A stretch of 64,000 nt of DNA from an uncultured Bacilli bacterium (GCA_934131005.1 CAKOYV010000004.1:37344-101343); one strand, 5' to 3'; shown: positions 1-11,690, counted from the first letter of the stretch. Translations and numbers: made by a program. Notes: generated from the sequence alone by a model not told the origin.

Positions 1-365
1 CTTTTCTTATTTTTAGGATTAATAATTTTATCTCCTGATATTAGCCCTTCATCTACCACTCGATTAACTCCAAATTTACCAATCTCTAAAGCACTACTTT
101 GACTACAATTATCACTAGCCTCATCACCACTTTTTTTACATTTTTTAAAATCTATTCCTGTAATACCACCATCATTAATACTAGCTTTATTAAGATCTAT
201 ATATGCAACAATAGCTGATTCTAATTTAGAAACAAATACATCCTCACTTTTCTTCTTTGAAGTATTAATATAATTAATAACTCCATTAGTAGCAATCCCC
301 ATAACAATACCTAAAATAACAACGACAGCCAACATCTCCACTAGCGTAAAACCTTTATTATTCAT
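1..365 (-). CDS. Type IV pilin-like protein (prepilin N-terminal methylation motif), 5' part; continues beyond the window start
   Basis: Reverse-complement translation from the ATG at 365..363 gives MNNKGFTLVEMLAVVVILGIVMGIA. This is the classic prepilin leader: cleavage after G, then F(+1) and E(+5). The ORF runs off the left edge. Confidence 0.7.
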   Translation of the reverse strand, partial: MNNKGFTLVEMLAVVVILGIVMGIATNGVINYINTSKKKSEDVFVSKLESAIVAYIDLNKASINDGGITGIDFKKCKKSGDEASDNCSQSSALEIGKFGVNRVVDEGLISGDKIINPKNKK

Positions 366-467
366 AATAATCACCACACACCAATTTTATCATATTTTCC
401 AAAAATTTAAAACCCTTCAGTTGACAACAAAGAAGAAAAAAATATATAATTACAATGGTGATTTATT

Positions 468-785
468 ATGAAACTAAAATATAATCAAAAAGAAATAACT
501 CTAGAAGAATGTAGAAGCTTCATAAGTAGATTTAAAGGCTTTATGCTAAAAAAAAATATAGATAAAGCTTTATTATTCAATCACTGCAATAGCATTCATA
601 CTTTTTTTATGTTAAAAAATATTGATGTAATAATGTGTAACAAAGAAAATACTATCTTATATTACTATAAATCATTACCAAAAAACAAAGTAATATTACC
701 TAAAAAAAACATTACAAAAGTATACGAAACACCAGCATCATACTTTAATATAAAAATTGGTGAAAAATTGGAGGTAGAAAAATGA
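468..785 (+). CDS. Hypothetical small protein (105 aa)
   Basis: ORF sits just upstream of gpsA with a 4-nt overlap (ATGA). No family recognised. Confidence 0.4.
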   Translation: MKLKYNQKEITLEECRSFISRFKGFMLKKNIDKALLFNHCNSIHTFFMLKNIDVIMCNKENTILYYYKSLPKNKVILPKKNITKVYETPASYFNIKIGEKLEVEK

Positions 786-1723
786 ACATAACAATATTAG
801 GAAGTGGAGCCTATGGTACTGCTTTATCATGCATGTTTAGAGAAAATAACTGCAATATAAAAATGTGGGACAAATTCGACAATAAATTTCAAGAATTAAA
901 ACAAGAATATCCTGATACAACTTTTACCACTAACATGAAAGCTAGTCTTACAGATACTGATTTAATTGTAATAGCAATTCCTATTCCATTCTTAGAATCA
1001 AGTATTATAGAATTAAAGAAATATTATAACAACGAAGATATATTAATTGCTAGCAAAGGTATAAATATATCAGATGGCCTATTCGCCCACGAAATTATTC
1101 AAAAACACCTAAATGTAGAAAATATCGGTGCCATATCAGGAGGAACTTTTGCTATAGATATGAAAAATAAAAATGTAATGGGTATAACTCTTGGTACAAC
1201 TAGTGATAAATTAATTGCTAAAGTTAAAAAAAGTCTAGCTAATGATTATTTAAAAGTACAATATACCAAAGATATGATAGGAGTTGAAATATGTGGCTCT
1301 ATCAAAAATGTAATAGCCATTGGCTATGGTATCTTAGCAGGAGCAAATTACCCTGAATCAACAAGATTCCTTTATTTAACAAAAGCAATCTATGAAATAA
1401 ATAATTTTATCGAAAAACAAAATGGTTCTCCAAAAACAATCATGTCATACGCTGGCATTGACGATATTGCAATGACTAGTACCGGTGAAAAATCAAGAAA
1501 TCACACCCTAGGAAAACTAATTGGAAAAAATGCATCTAAAGAAGAAATTGATGCCTATAAAAATAGTACTACTATCGAAGGATTAGAAACTTCAAAAGCC
1601 ATATATAATTTAGCAAAGCGAAAGAATATCTCTCTTGAAATATGTACTATTATTTATAACATTCTCTACAACAACTATCAACAAGAATCATTAATAGAAT
1701 ATCTAAAAAAATCAGAGTCTTAA
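782..1723 (+). CDS. gpsA: NAD(P)H-dependent glycerol-3-phosphate dehydrogenase
   Basis: N-terminal Rossmann motif ILGSGAYGTAL. Internal GVEICGSIKNVIAIGYGIL motif typical of GpsA. 313 aa. Confidence 0.9.
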   Translation: MNITILGSGAYGTALSCMFRENNCNIKMWDKFDNKFQELKQEYPDTTFTTNMKASLTDTDLIVIAIPIPFLESSIIELKKYYNNEDILIASKGINISDGLFAHEIIQKHLNVENIGAISGGTFAIDMKNKNVMGITLGTTSDKLIAKVKKSLANDYLKVQYTKDMIGVEICGSIKNVIAIGYGILAGANYPESTRFLYLTKAIYEINNFIEKQNGSPKTIMSYAGIDDIAMTSTGEKSRNHTLGKLIGKNASKEEIDAYKNSTTIEGLETSKAIYNLAKRKNISLEICTIIYNILYNNYQQESLIEYLKKSES

Positions 1724-1742
1724 AAAAACTCTGATTTTTTAT
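1704..1742. terminator. Bidirectional rho-independent terminator between gpsA (+) and obg (-)
   Basis: 9-bp stem AATCAGAGT/ACTCTGATT (1710-1718 / 1728-1736). It is flanked by an A-run on the 5' side and a T-run on the 3' side. Confidence 0.6.
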
Positions 1743-3007
1743 CTACGCCACTCAAATTCATAATCCATAATTCTAACAATATCCCCTTCTTGAATACCCA
1801 TCTTCTCTAATTCTTCATCTATTCCCATTCTCCTAAGTTTATTAGAAAAACGAACATAAGCTTCTTCTGTACTAAAATTAGTCATCTTAAATAATTTTTC
1901 CACTCTCTCACCTGAAATAACATATGTCTTATTATCTCTAACAATCGAAAATGGCCTCTCAGCCCTAAATTTATAAAGAACATGACTCTCTTGACTAGCA
2001 TCATCAAATAAAGCCTCACTACAAGTATTCTTTACCAAAACTTCTAGTTCATCCATAACAGTATCTAATCCCTTATTATTAATAGCTGAAACTTCATAAA
2101 TTGGAAGTTTTATTTTTTGCTTAAACTCACGCAAATTATCATAAGCTCCCTGAACATCCATCTTATTAGCAATAATTACTTCTGGCTTATTCAATAATTT
2201 TTTACTAAAACTCTCAAGTTCTTTTCTAATTGTAACATAATCATCATAAGGCTTACGTCCCTCACTACCAGACATATCAATAATATGAGCAATAATCTTT
2301 GTTCTCTCAATATGCTTCAAAAATTTATGACCAAGACCAGCCCCATCACTAGCACCTTCAATAAGTCCTGGCAAATCAGCTAAAGTAAAAGAATAATCTC
2401 TAGTCTTAACAACACCAAGATTAGGCGCAAGTGTTGTAAAATGATACGAAGCTATTTTAGGATTAGCATTGGTAACACATGACAAAATAGTAGATTTTCC
2501 AACACTAGGTAGCCCTACAAGTCCAACATCCGCAAGCATTCTAAGTTCAACCTTAACAACTCTCTCCTCGCCAGGTTCCCCACGTTCACAATAAGAAGGA
2601 CAAGCATTAGAACGAGTAGCTAATGCAACATTACCTCGTCCTCCACGACCACCATAAGCAACAATCGCTTCCTCACCATTCCTAGTAAGATCAGCTATAA
2701 CACTACCAGTTTCATTATCTTTAATCGTTGTTCCAATTGGCACCTTAACAATAGTATCATTAGCACTCTTACCATTCTTATTCTTTCCTTGCCCATTAGA
2801 ACCACTATCACCTCTAACATGTTTTTGATAACGCAAATCTATTAAAGTTCTAAGGCCACCATCAGCCTTAAAAATTATATTACCACCATGTCCTCCAGAG
2901 CCACCAAAAGGACCACCCATTGGAATGTATTTCTCACGCCTAAAAGCCATACAACCATCGCCACCATTACCAGCAGCTAATTTTACAATAACCTCATCAA
3001 CAAACAT
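1739..3007 (-). CDS. obg: GTPase Obg/CgtA
   Basis: MFVDEV start with an AGGAGG ribosome-binding site 8 nt upstream. Gly-rich Obg fold (GGNGGDG, GGSGGHGG). G1 motif GLPSVGKST. C-terminal OCT domain. Confidence 0.9.
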   Translation of the reverse strand: MFVDEVIVKLAAGNGGDGCMAFRREKYIPMGGPFGGSGGHGGNIIFKADGGLRTLIDLRYQKHVRGDSGSNGQGKNKNGKSANDTIVKVPIGTTIKDNETGSVIADLTRNGEEAIVAYGGRGGRGNVALATRSNACPSYCERGEPGEERVVKVELRMLADVGLVGLPSVGKSTILSCVTNANPKIASYHFTTLAPNLGVVKTRDYSFTLADLPGLIEGASDGAGLGHKFLKHIERTKIIAHIIDMSGSEGRKPYDDYVTIRKELESFSKKLLNKPEVIIANKMDVQGAYDNLREFKQKIKLPIYEVSAINNKGLDTVMDELEVLVKNTCSEALFDDASQESHVLYKFRAERPFSIVRDNKTYVISGERVEKLFKMTNFSTEEAYVRFSNKLRRMGIDEELEKMGIQEGDIVRIMDYEFEWRR

Positions 3008-3104
3008 AACATTACCTCCTTTCTTAGTATTATACACTAAAAAGAATTAAAAAAAAAGACAAGAGAAGCAATATCTATCACCTCTCTTATAAAAATTTAT
3101 CTTT

Positions 3105-4622
3105 TTAATTAGCTTTTATCTTCTTACGATATACAATTGTTAAAATAATTCCTCCTAAGGATGTTAAAGCAAGAATTACCCATTTCTCAATTCCATCATA
3201 AGTCTGAGGATTTACAATATTATTACTAGCATCACTATCTTTAGCAACTATATTATTATTAGTACTCTTTTTAACCAAAACAAGATTATCAATAGCCTCA
3301 TTAATATCACTAGCATAACTATCAACTAAGTTTTGTTCAGTTATATCCTTACCTGTAATAACCTTATTAATAGCACTCTCCAAATTATTATAAGAATCGG
3401 AAGTATATAAATTTTTATCTATTTTTTTAGCTTTAGCAATTGCTTCATTAACTTTTGAATAATCAGCATCCTTATACTTTACAACATATTCACCATCATC
3501 AGAAACAACAACATCATATAATGAAGAATTAACACTAGATACAACATCAGCTGAATTAAATTTTAAAACATCACCTTCTACCATTTCTGAAGTAGCATCA
3601 GCAACAGAGCCGTAATAAACATTTTGGTTCTTATTATATACAGCACTATTAATACTACCAGTACTACTAACAGAAACACTAGCCCCCTTACCTAATCTCA
3701 TTATTCCTTTAATATTAATTTTAGCGTTTTTAAAATTTAATGCAACATTATCATCAATCTTCAAAACAACTCCTTCTTTTAAATCAACTGGATTAGAATT
3801 AACAGTTGCAAAATTACTATTCTTAGTCAAAGTTATAACTGTATCATCAACTGCACCAATCAAAAGCTTAGCACTCAACTTAGAAGTCGAAATTTTTCCA
3901 TGCACCTCAAATTTTGATGTAAGTCTTGGCTCAAAGCCACCATTTAAGGAAGAATCATAAACATATACTTCATCATCAGCACCAGAAGGCACACTAATTG
4001 CTGTTTTACCACTAACAGTACTATTTTTTACAGTAGTTTTAGAAATTGTGTGAACATTATTGTCATCAGCATTCATTCCCATTATGGCAACAGTAGATCT
4101 TCCAGTACCAATTATAGAAGAATTATCTATCAATAAAGTACCATAATTAAATATTACTCCAGCATCACTTTTTGCATATGTCGAACTAATATTAGAATTA
4201 GTAACTGTAAGACTAGCAGTAGGTTCATTTTTTAAAGCTATATCATTACTAGAAACCTTAACATCACGAACTTCCATTTTTCCACTGTTAGCAATACAAG
4301 AACTATCACTATTTTCACAAACTATACTTCCACCATTACTACTACTATCAATAATTTTTAGTGTTCCTTTATTGTTAATACCATATCCAGAAACTGTACT
4401 AGGAACACTAATAGTATGTCCATTCAAATCAAGTGTAATATTCTTATCACTTGCAACAAAAAGTTCTTTAGAAAGAACCACATCACCAACTAGTTTAGTA
4501 TCCTCATCTAAATTCAAACCACTAACACTCCCATTTAATTCCTTAGCATCTACATTAACAAAACTTATCATCATAAGTATCAAAAATGTAGCAACAAAAC
4601 TAAAATTTTTCATCATTCTCAT
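3105..4622 (-). CDS. Cell-surface protein with signal peptide and a C-terminal sortase-B-type sorting signal (NPQTY + hydrophobic segment + KKIKAN tail)
   Basis: N-terminal signal peptide. The body is rich in S/T/N/V repeats (beta-helix-like). The C-terminus reads ...NIVNPQTYDGIEKWVILALTSLGGIILTIVYRKKIKAN. Confidence 0.65.
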   Translation of the reverse strand: MRMMKNFSFVATFLILMMISFVNVDAKELNGSVSGLNLDEDTKLVGDVVLSKELFVASDKNITLDLNGHTISVPSTVSGYGINNKGTLKIIDSSSNGGSIVCENSDSSCIANSGKMEVRDVKVSSNDIALKNEPTASLTVTNSNISSTYAKSDAGVIFNYGTLLIDNSSIIGTGRSTVAIMGMNADDNNVHTISKTTVKNSTVSGKTAISVPSGADDEVYVYDSSLNGGFEPRLTSKFEVHGKISTSKLSAKLLIGAVDDTVITLTKNSNFATVNSNPVDLKEGVVLKIDDNVALNFKNAKINIKGIMRLGKGASVSVSSTGSINSAVYNKNQNVYYGSVADATSEMVEGDVLKFNSADVVSSVNSSLYDVVVSDDGEYVVKYKDADYSKVNEAIAKAKKIDKNLYTSDSYNNLESAINKVITGKDITEQNLVDSYASDINEAIDNLVLVKKSTNNNIVAKDSDASNNIVNPQTYDGIEKWVILALTSLGGIILTIVYRKKIKAN

Positions 4623-4731
4623 TATTCCTATTCTCCTTACTATATTAACTATAACATATTTATTAATTTAAGAAAAGAAAAAAATGTATTTTTTTGAAGA
4701 ATTTTATGTTATCATATTAAAAGGTGATATA

Positions 4732-5517
4732 ATGAAAAATTTTTTAGCAAATCTTCTAATAATATTATTTATAGCACTCCTAATCTTTAGCACATACAAT
4801 ATCATACTATGGCAAAAAGATAACAATAATACTAGCAAAAAATTAAACGAAATAAATAATGTTGCTAAAATAAAAGAAACTAACACGGGAACTTCAATAA
4901 CAAACAATGATATAAAAGAATTTGATCCATACTATGACTACATAAAATTAAAACTTATTGAAGTTGATTTTGAAAAATTAAAAAAAATAAATAATGATAC
5001 TTCTGGTTGGATTAAAGTAGAAGGAACAAATATTAACTATCCCTTTGTCAAAGGAACAAATAACTCTTACTATTTAACTCATAGTTTTGATAAAAGTAAA
5101 AATAACGCTGGCTGGGTCTTTTTAGATTATCGCAATAATCTAACTAGTGATAAAAATATCATTATATACGCTCATGGTCGACAAAACGGCACCATGTTTG
5201 GCAGTCTCAAAAACACCATTACCGATAAATGGTTAAATAACAAACAAAATCACATAATAAAAATGTCAACAGAACAAGAAAATACTATGTGGCAAGTATT
5301 CAGTGTATATAAAATTCCAACAACAACTGACTATTTAAAAATAACTTTTAATAATAACGAATTTACAACATTCACTAGAATACTAATGAAAAGAAGCATC
5401 TATAATTTTAACACAACCGTAAATAACAAAGATAGAATTTTAACCTTATCAACTTGCTATAACAATCAAGAAAAAGTTGTAATTCATGCCAAATTAATAA
5501 AAATACAAAAACGTTAA
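4732..5517 (+). CDS. srtB: Class B sortase
   Basis: YLTHSF...GWVFLDYRN motif. HG(x4)GTMFGSL. TLSTCY with the catalytic Cys. N-terminal membrane anchor. RBS AAAGGTGAT lies upstream of the ATG at 4732. Confidence 0.8.
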   Translation: MKNFLANLLIILFIALLIFSTYNIILWQKDNNNTSKKLNEINNVAKIKETNTGTSITNNDIKEFDPYYDYIKLKLIEVDFEKLKKINNDTSGWIKVEGTNINYPFVKGTNNSYYLTHSFDKSKNNAGWVFLDYRNNLTSDKNIIIYAHGRQNGTMFGSLKNTITDKWLNNKQNHIIKMSTEQENTMWQVFSVYKIPTTTDYLKITFNNNEFTTFTRILMKRSIYNFNTTVNNKDRILTLSTCYNNQEKVVIHAKLIKIQKR

Positions 5518-5556
5518 AAGAGAATATTCTTTAATTGAAATATTCTCTTTTTATTA
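5518..5556. terminator. Bidirectional rho-independent terminator between srtB (+) and tuf (-)
   Basis: Roughly 12-bp stem AAGAGAATATTC / GAA(A)TATTCTCTT with a short loop and a T-run. Confidence 0.55.
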
Positions 5557-5614
5557 TAAATTAAAACAAATAAAAGAGCATATACCATAAGCATATACTC
5601 TAAAATTCAAACAA

Positions 5615-6805
5615 TTATTCAATAACTTCTGAAACGTTTCCAGCACCAACAGTACGTCCACCTTCACGAATTGAGAACTTAGTTCCTTGTTCGATAGCAA
5701 CTGGAGCGATTAATTCTACAGTCATTTCAACATTATCACCAGGCATAACCATTTCAGTACCTTCAGGTAATTCAATTACACCAGTAACATCTGTAGTTCT
5801 GAAGTAGAATTGTGGTCTGTAGTTTGAGAAGAATGGAGTGTGTCTTCCACCTTCGTCTTTAGATAAAACGTAAACACTAGCTTTAAATTTCTTATGTGGA
5901 TGAACACTTCCTGGTTTAGCAAGAACTTGTCCTCTTTCAACGTCATCTCTTGAAATACCACGTAATAATACACCAGCATTATCTCCAGCTTCAGCATAGT
6001 CAAGTGTCTTTCTAAACATTTCAATACCAGTAACAACTGTCTTTTGAGTGTCTCTTAAACCAACGATTTCAACTTCGTCGTTAAGTTTTAATTGACCTCT
6101 CTCAACACGACCAGTTACAACTGTTCCACGACCAGTAATTGTGAATACATCTTCAATAGACATCAAGAATGGTTTGTCAACATCTCTCTCAGGAGTTGGA
6201 ATCCATTCATCAACAGCATCCATTAACTCTTCAATCTTAGCTACATAAGCAGGATCTCCTTCAAGAGCTTTAAGAGCAGAACCTCTAATAACTGGAGTCT
6301 CATCTCCATCAAATCCATATTCAGTTAATAATTCACGAACTTCCATTTCAACTAAATCTAAAAGTTCTTCATCATCAACCATATCACATTTATTTAAGAA
6401 AACAACCATTCTAGGTACACCAACTTGACGAGCAAGTAAGATATGTTCTCTTGTTTGAGCCATAGGTCCATCAGTTGCAGCTATAACTAAGATAGCTCCA
6501 TCCATTTGTGCTGCACCAGTAATCATGTTCTTAACATAGTCAGCATGTCCTGGACAGTCAACATGAGCATAGTGACGTTTGTCAGTTTGATACTCAACGT
6601 GAGCAGTATTAATAGTAATACCTCTCTCTCTTTCTTCAGGAGCCTTATCAATATCAGCATAATCTTCAAATTGAGCATAACTTGAATTCTTATCAGACAA
6701 TACCTTAGTAATAGCTGCTGTTAAAGTAGTCTTACCATGGTCAACGTGTCCAATAGTACCAATATTAACGTGTGGCTTTGAACGATCAAATTTTTCTTTT
6801 GCCAT
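5615..6805 (-). CDS. tuf: Elongation factor Tu
   Basis: [17 protein letters not shown] and NKCD motifs. 396 aa. Confidence 0.97.
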   Translation of the reverse strand: MAKEKFDRSKPHVNIGTIGHVDHGKTTLTAAITKVLSDKNSSYAQFEDYADIDKAPEERERGITINTAHVEYQTDKRHYAHVDCPGHADYVKNMITGAAQMDGAILVIAATDGPMAQTREHILLARQVGVPRMVVFLNKCDMVDDEELLDLVEMEVRELLTEYGFDGDETPVIRGSALKALEGDPAYVAKIEELMDAVDEWIPTPERDVDKPFLMSIEDVFTITGRGTVVTGRVERGQLKLNDEVEIVGLRDTQKTVVTGIEMFRKTLDYAEAGDNAGVLLRGISRDDVERGQVLAKPGSVHPHKKFKASVYVLSKDEGGRHTPFFSNYRPQFYFRTTDVTGVIELPEGTEMVMPGDNVEMTVELIAPVAIEQGTKFSIREGGRTVGAGNVSEVIE

Positions 6806-6879
6806 TTTAATTTTCCTCTCTTTCTTTAAATATACATTATATATTTTATCAAATTTTAGAAATTAATCAAGTAGTATGA

Positions 6880-8952
6880 TTAATTTCCTCCATTTTTTTT
6901 GATAATTTCTTCAGCAATAGATTTTGGAACTTCAGCATAATGATCAAGTGTCATTGTAAAGTTACCACGACCTTGCGTATTAGAACGCAAACTAGTAGCA
7001 TAACCAAACATCTCAGCTAAAGGCACCATTGCAGTAAATGCAATAGCATTTCCACGTGATTCTTGACCAAGTGGATTACCACGTCTTGAAGTAATATCTC
7101 CAATAACATTACCAGTATATTCATCAGGTGCAATTACTACAACCTTAACAATTGGTTCAAGTAATACTGGCTTACATTTATTCTTAGCTTCCTTCAAAGC
7201 TAAAGATGCAGCAACCTTAAATGCCATCTCTGAAGAGTCAACATCATGGTATGAACCATCAAATAAAGTAGCCTTAATATCAACCATAGGATATCCAGCT
7301 AAAATACCACTTTGCATAGCTTCTTGTAATCCTTTATCAACAACAGAAATGTACTCACGAGGAACAACACCACCAACAATATTGTCAACAAATTCATATC
7401 CTTTATCTTTATTTGGTTCAAACTTAATCCAAACATGTCCATATTGTCCACGTCCACCTGATTGCTTAATATGTTTACCTTCACAATCAGCAGCTTGTGT
7501 AATAGTCTCACGATAAGCAACTTGAGGAGCTCCAACTGTAGCTTCTACCCCAAATTCTCTCTTAAGTCTATCAACTTGAATATCAAGATGTAACTCACCC
7601 ATACCAGATACTACTGTTTGACCAGTCTCAGCATCAGTACTCCATCTAAATGTAGGATCCTCTTCAGCTAACTTAGATAAAGCAATAGCCATCTTATCTT
7701 GATCAGCCTTAGATTTAGGTTCCAAAGCTTGTGATATAACAGGTTCAGGAAATTCCATTCCCTTCATAATACAAGGTTTCTTCTCATCACATAAAGTATC
7801 TGCAGTAGTTGTATTCTTAAGACCAACAATAGCCCCAATATCACCAGCATATACCTCTGTAATTTCTTCTCTATGATTAGCATGCATTTGTAGAATTCTT
7901 CCAACTCTCTCTTTAACATTCTTAGTAGAGTTAAGTACATAAGAACCACTCTTAAGTACACCAGAATAAACTCTAAAGAAAGTTAACTTACCAACAAATG
8001 GATCAGTCATAACTTTAAATGCTAAAGCTGTAAATGGTTCAGAATCAGAAGGATGTCTTAATACCTCATTACCATTGCTATCAGTACATTCAATTGAAGC
8101 AATATCCGTAGGAGCAGGTAAATAATCAATAACAGCATCAAGTAAAGGCTTAACACCCATATTACCTAAAGCAGTTCCACACATGAATGGGAAGAACTTA
8201 GCTGATAAAGTACCCTTTCTAATAGCAGCTTTTAAAGCATCAACAGTAACTTCTCCACCATCTAGATAAGTCATCATTAACTCCTCATCAAAATCAGCTG
8301 CAGCTTCAATCAAAATATTTCTATATTCCTCTGCCTTATCTTTCAAATCAGCAGGAATTTCTATTTCTTCTATATTTTCATCTTTACTACCATCAAAATG
8401 ATAAGCTTTCATACAAACTAAGTCAATAATACCATTAAACTCACTCTCAGCTCCAATTGGCAACTGAATAGCAGCAGTATTAGCACCTAATCTATCCTTA
8501 ACACTCTGCAAACTAGCAAAGAAATCAGCACCCATCTTATCCATCTTATTAGAGAATATAATTCTAGGTACATCATATTCATTAGCTTGTCTCCATACAG
8601 TCTCACTTTGTGGCTCAACACCAGCTTGTGAATCTAGTAAAAGAATAGCTCCATCAAGTACTCTTAAACTACGTTGAACTTCAATAGTAAAATCAACGTG
8701 TCCTGGAGTATCAATTATATTAAATCTATAGCCCTTCCAGAATGCTGTTGTAGCAGCACTAGTAATAGTAATACCACGTTCTTGCTCTTGTTCCATCCAG
8801 TCCATTTGAGATTCACCATCATGAGTTTCCCCAATCTTATGAATCTTACCAGTATGGTATAAAACACGTTCAGTACAAGTAGTCTTACCAGCATCTATAT
8901 GGGCCATGATTCCAATGTTACGTGTATGTTGTAACGAAGTCTTACGAGCCAT
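6880..8952 (-). CDS. fusA: Elongation factor G
   Basis: [17 protein letters not shown]. 690 aa. Order is the canonical str operon. Confidence 0.97.
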   Translation of the reverse strand: MARKTSLQHTRNIGIMAHIDAGKTTCTERVLYHTGKIHKIGETHDGESQMDWMEQEQERGITITSAATTAFWKGYRFNIIDTPGHVDFTIEVQRSLRVLDGAILLLDSQAGVEPQSETVWRQANEYDVPRIIFSNKMDKMGADFFASLQSVKDRLGANTAAIQLPIGAESEFNGIIDLVCMKAYHFDGSKDENIEEIEIPADLKDKAEEYRNILIEAAADFDEELMMTYLDGGEVTVDALKAAIRKGTLSAKFFPFMCGTALGNMGVKPLLDAVIDYLPAPTDIASIECTDSNGNEVLRHPSDSEPFTALAFKVMTDPFVGKLTFFRVYSGVLKSGSYVLNSTKNVKERVGRILQMHANHREEITEVYAGDIGAIVGLKNTTTADTLCDEKKPCIMKGMEFPEPVISQALEPKSKADQDKMAIALSKLAEEDPTFRWSTDAETGQTVVSGMGELHLDIQVDRLKREFGVEATVGAPQVAYRETITQAADCEGKHIKQSGGRGQYGHVWIKFEPNKDKGYEFVDNIVGGVVPREYISVVDKGLQEAMQSGILAGYPMVDIKATLFDGSYHDVDSSEMAFKVAASLALKEAKNKCKPVLLEPIVKVVVIAPDEYTGNVIGDITSRRGNPLGQESRGNAIAFTAMVPLAEMFGYATSLRSNTQGRGNFTMTLDHYAEVPKSIAEEIIKKNGGN

Positions 8953-8973
8953 ATAACTCTCTCCTCTCTATAA

Positions 8974-9441
8974 CTACCATCTATAATGAGCAAATGCCTT
9001 ATTAGCCTCTGCCATCTTATGAGTATCTTCTTTCTTCTTAACTGAAGCTCCAATACCATTAGAAGCATCAATTATTTCACCAGCAAGTTTCTCAGCCATA
9101 GTATGACCATTTCTACTTCTTGCATTTTCAACTAACCAACGAAAAGCCAAAGTTTGAGCACGATCAGCCTTAACTTCCATAGGAACTTGATAATTAGCTC
9201 CACCAACTCTTCTAGACTTAACTTCTAAACTAGGTTTAATATTTTCCATAGCTCTAGTAAAAACAGTCATAGCATCTTCGCCAGTCTTCTTTTTAATGAT
9301 TTCAAATGCATCATAAACAATTCTTTGAGCAGTACCTTTCTTACCATCACACATAATTTGATTAATAAGCTTAGTAACAACCTTAGAATTATATAAAGCA
9401 TCTGGCAATACATCTCTCTTAGTAGCACTTCTCTTACGCAT
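8974..9441 (-). CDS. rpsG: 30S ribosomal protein S7
   Basis: 155 aa, S7-like sequence. Position in the str operon. Confidence 0.93.
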   Translation of the reverse strand: MRKRSATKRDVLPDALYNSKVVTKLINQIMCDGKKGTAQRIVYDAFEIIKKKTGEDAMTVFTRAMENIKPSLEVKSRRVGGANYQVPMEVKADRAQTLAFRWLVENARSRNGHTMAEKLAGEIIDASNGIGASVKKKEDTHKMAEANKAFAHYRW

Positions 9442-9474
9442 ATTATATCCTCCTTTCCTAATTATATTCTAAAA

Positions 9475-9882
9475 TTACTTAGGTCTCTTAGCACCATACT
9501 TAGAACGACCTTGTTTTCTATCTTGAACTCCTGCAGTATCCATAGTACCACGAATAATATGATATCTAACACCAATCAAGTCCTTAACACGACCACCTCT
9601 TACTAAAACAACAGAGTGTTCTTGTAAGTTATGACCAATACCAGGAATATAACAAGTAACCTCAACACCATTAGAAAGTCTAACCCTAGCATACTTACGC
9701 AAAGCTGAGTTTGGCTTCTTAGGAGTCATAGTACCAACACGTACACAAACGCCTCTTTTTTGTGGTGAATTTTGATATCTAGTCTTATTATTAACAGTAT
9801 CTAATCTAGTTAATAAAGCAGGTGATTTACTCTTTCTAGTTTTCTTACCTTTTTTCTTCATTCTTTGATTAATTGTAGCCAT
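9475..9882 (-). CDS. rpsL: 30S ribosomal protein S12
   Basis: MATINQ... start (the ORF track extends 14 codons upstream). PNSALRK and [15 protein letters not shown]-like motifs. Confidence 0.93.
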   Translation of the reverse strand: MATINQRMKKKGKKTRKSKSPALLTRLDTVNNKTRYQNSPQKRGVCVRVGTMTPKKPNSALRKYARVRLSNGVEVTCYIPGIGHNLQEHSVVLVRGGRVKDLIGVRYHIIRGTMDTAGVQDRKQGRSKYGAKRPK

Positions 9883-9981
9883 ATATTTAGCACCTCCTCT
9901 CTTACACATATCCAGGTGTTTCATTTCCTTTACAAAATATAAGTCTTGCTAACACGCAAAACCTAAATTCCGAACGTTATT

Positions 9982-10010
9982 AATATAACATTAATTACCA
10001 CTCAAGTCAA
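9982..10010 (-). promoter_or_regulatory. Putative sigma-A promoter of the str operon (TTGACT-17-TATATT)
   Basis: On the minus strand, the -35 TTGACT is at 10010..10005 and the -10 TATATT at 9987..9982, with a 17-nt spacer, about 100 nt upstream of rpsL. Confidence 0.4.
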
Positions 10011-10260
10011 CTATTATTTTTAATATTTATGATTAATTTGTTACAATGTCTTAAGCATTAAAAAAACAAATGAATAAATAAAATAAAAAAGTAACAATGA
10101 AAAGACTTTAACGTCCTACTAATACGATTACACTCATCTAAAGATAAACATTAAAAAATTCTAGTTTTAATTTAGAATAAAAAAAGAAATTAATGAAAGA
10201 ATATCTGAATTAACCCCAATGAGAAATAACATTAAAAATGCCGAATAGCACTAAATAATA

Positions 10261-11040
10261 TTAATTACTACTATTAATCTTATTACTTAATTTTAAGCCT
10301 AAATCCCTAAAATTATAATGATCTTCTCCTAAATTTTTACGATTAATTTCACTTAAATAACCAAAAACATCACTTTTTCCCTTATCAAAAGGAAGATCTG
10401 GATTTGAAAAACTATAAAAATTATAAATATCATATTTTTCATCTTTAACATATTTATTTCTAATTTTTGTTACATATTGTTTATAATCACTTTTATTTTC
10501 TTTTTCAACTTTTACACCATTATTAGTTACTTTAACGATATCCTTTAAACAATCATGTTCATCAACATAAGCAGGCAAAATTCTCTTACCATCAACAAGT
10601 ACTGCCCGAACAGCAGCCTCTACTTTAGGATTTAAATCATTTGAAACTGTTAAATGTTCATGAACTTTAGCAAACCACTTACAGTTTTCAACGAAATCAT
10701 AAAGATTACCATATTTCGCTCCATTATAAAGTTCATATCTATTAGCAATAAGTGAAGCCTCCATCGCAGCACCTTCGGCAGTTCCCTGCTCTTTTTGACA
10801 CAAATGTGCCAAACTACTTAATTCCTCATTTGATAAATTATCATATTTAACGAATCCTAAATCCTTAATACCACCAAAAGTTAATGTCATAATCTCTACA
10901 TCTCTATTTGTATAATTTTGAACTGGTTTTTTAGCTAAGGATTTAACTTCATTAGTATTACGAAAAGTATCCATCAAATAATCTTTATCAAAAATTGCCC
11001 CTGAAATTTTATCAGGCTTCTGAACAGAATTTAATCCCAT
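10261..11040 (-). CDS. Hypothetical protein (259 aa)
   Basis: Long ORF with no recognised family, between the str operon promoter region and tdk. Confidence 0.5.
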   Translation of the reverse strand: MGLNSVQKPDKISGAIFDKDYLMDTFRNTNEVKSLAKKPVQNYTNRDVEIMTLTFGGIKDLGFVKYDNLSNEELSSLAHLCQKEQGTAEGAAMEASLIANRYELYNGAKYGNLYDFVENCKWFAKVHEHLTVSNDLNPKVEAAVRAVLVDGKRILPAYVDEHDCLKDIVKVTNNGVKVEKENKSDYKQYVTKIRNKYVKDEKYDIYNFYSFSNPDLPFDKGKSDVFGYLSEINRKNLGEDHYNFRDLGLKLSNKINSSN

Positions 11041-11099
11041 ATATATACCTACTTTCTATCATCTAAATTATAGCACAATATTTTTCATAAAAGCAACTA

Positions 11100-11690
11100 C
11101 TACTCTCCATGTTTCTTTAAATCTCTATTATAACAATATCTACACTTAGAAACATAATCAGCATCCATTCCATCAATAGCAATAACATCACCAGAAAAAA
11201 CAGGCTTTCCACCAACAATTCTCATATTATATATTTTCTTTCTACCACAACTACACTGTCTTTCTATCTCGTGAATATTATCAGCAATCTCTAAAAGTCT
11301 CTTAGAGCCTTCAAATAATTTTGTCCTAAAATCAGCCTTAAGTCCATAACAAATAACTGATATTCCTAAAACATCTACTACATAAGATAATTCGTCAATA
11401 TGATGCTCTTCTAAAAATTGAGCCTCATCAACTAAAATAAAATCTAAATTATGTTTAACCAAATATTTAGAAATTTTCAAATAAATATCATCCTTAGGTT
11501 TAATCAAAAAATCAACCTTTTTCTCACTATTATCTCTAGAATTAATCTTATCATCCCCTTTTTTATCAATACTAGGCTTAATTATAATAGTACTAAAACC
11601 ATCCTCTATCTTACTATAATAAACCTTCAAAAGCTCTCTAGTCTTACCACAACCCATAGCACCATAATAAAATGTAAGTTCACTCTTCAT
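11100..11690 (-). CDS. tdk: Thymidine kinase
   Basis: P-loop GAMGCGKT. C-terminal Zn-ribbon cysteines (CSCG...CRYCY). Confidence 0.9.
   Translation of the reverse strand: MKSELTFYYGAMGCGKTRELLKVYYSKIEDGFSTIIIKPSIDKKGDDKINSRDNSEKKVDFLIKPKDDIYLKISKYLVKHNLDFILVDEAQFLEEHHIDELSYVVDVLGISVICYGLKADFRTKLFEGSKRLLEIADNIHEIERQCSCGRKKIYNMRIVGGKPVFSGDVIAIDGMDADYVSKCRYCYNRDLKKHGE

Noticed and set aside
4372-4671. 99-aa plus-strand ORF antisense to the surface-protein gene, and a 67-aa ORF antisense to the srtB 5' end (4704..4907)
   Set aside because: Antisense to strongly supported genes. Composition-driven Ile/Leu/Ser-rich translations.
5776-6036. 86-aa ORF on the minus strand inside tuf (also 7299..7535 and 7764..7961 inside fusA, 13349..13624 inside uvrA)
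   Set aside because: Embedded in, or out of frame with, highly conserved genes. They are low-complexity AT-rich translations, so spurious.
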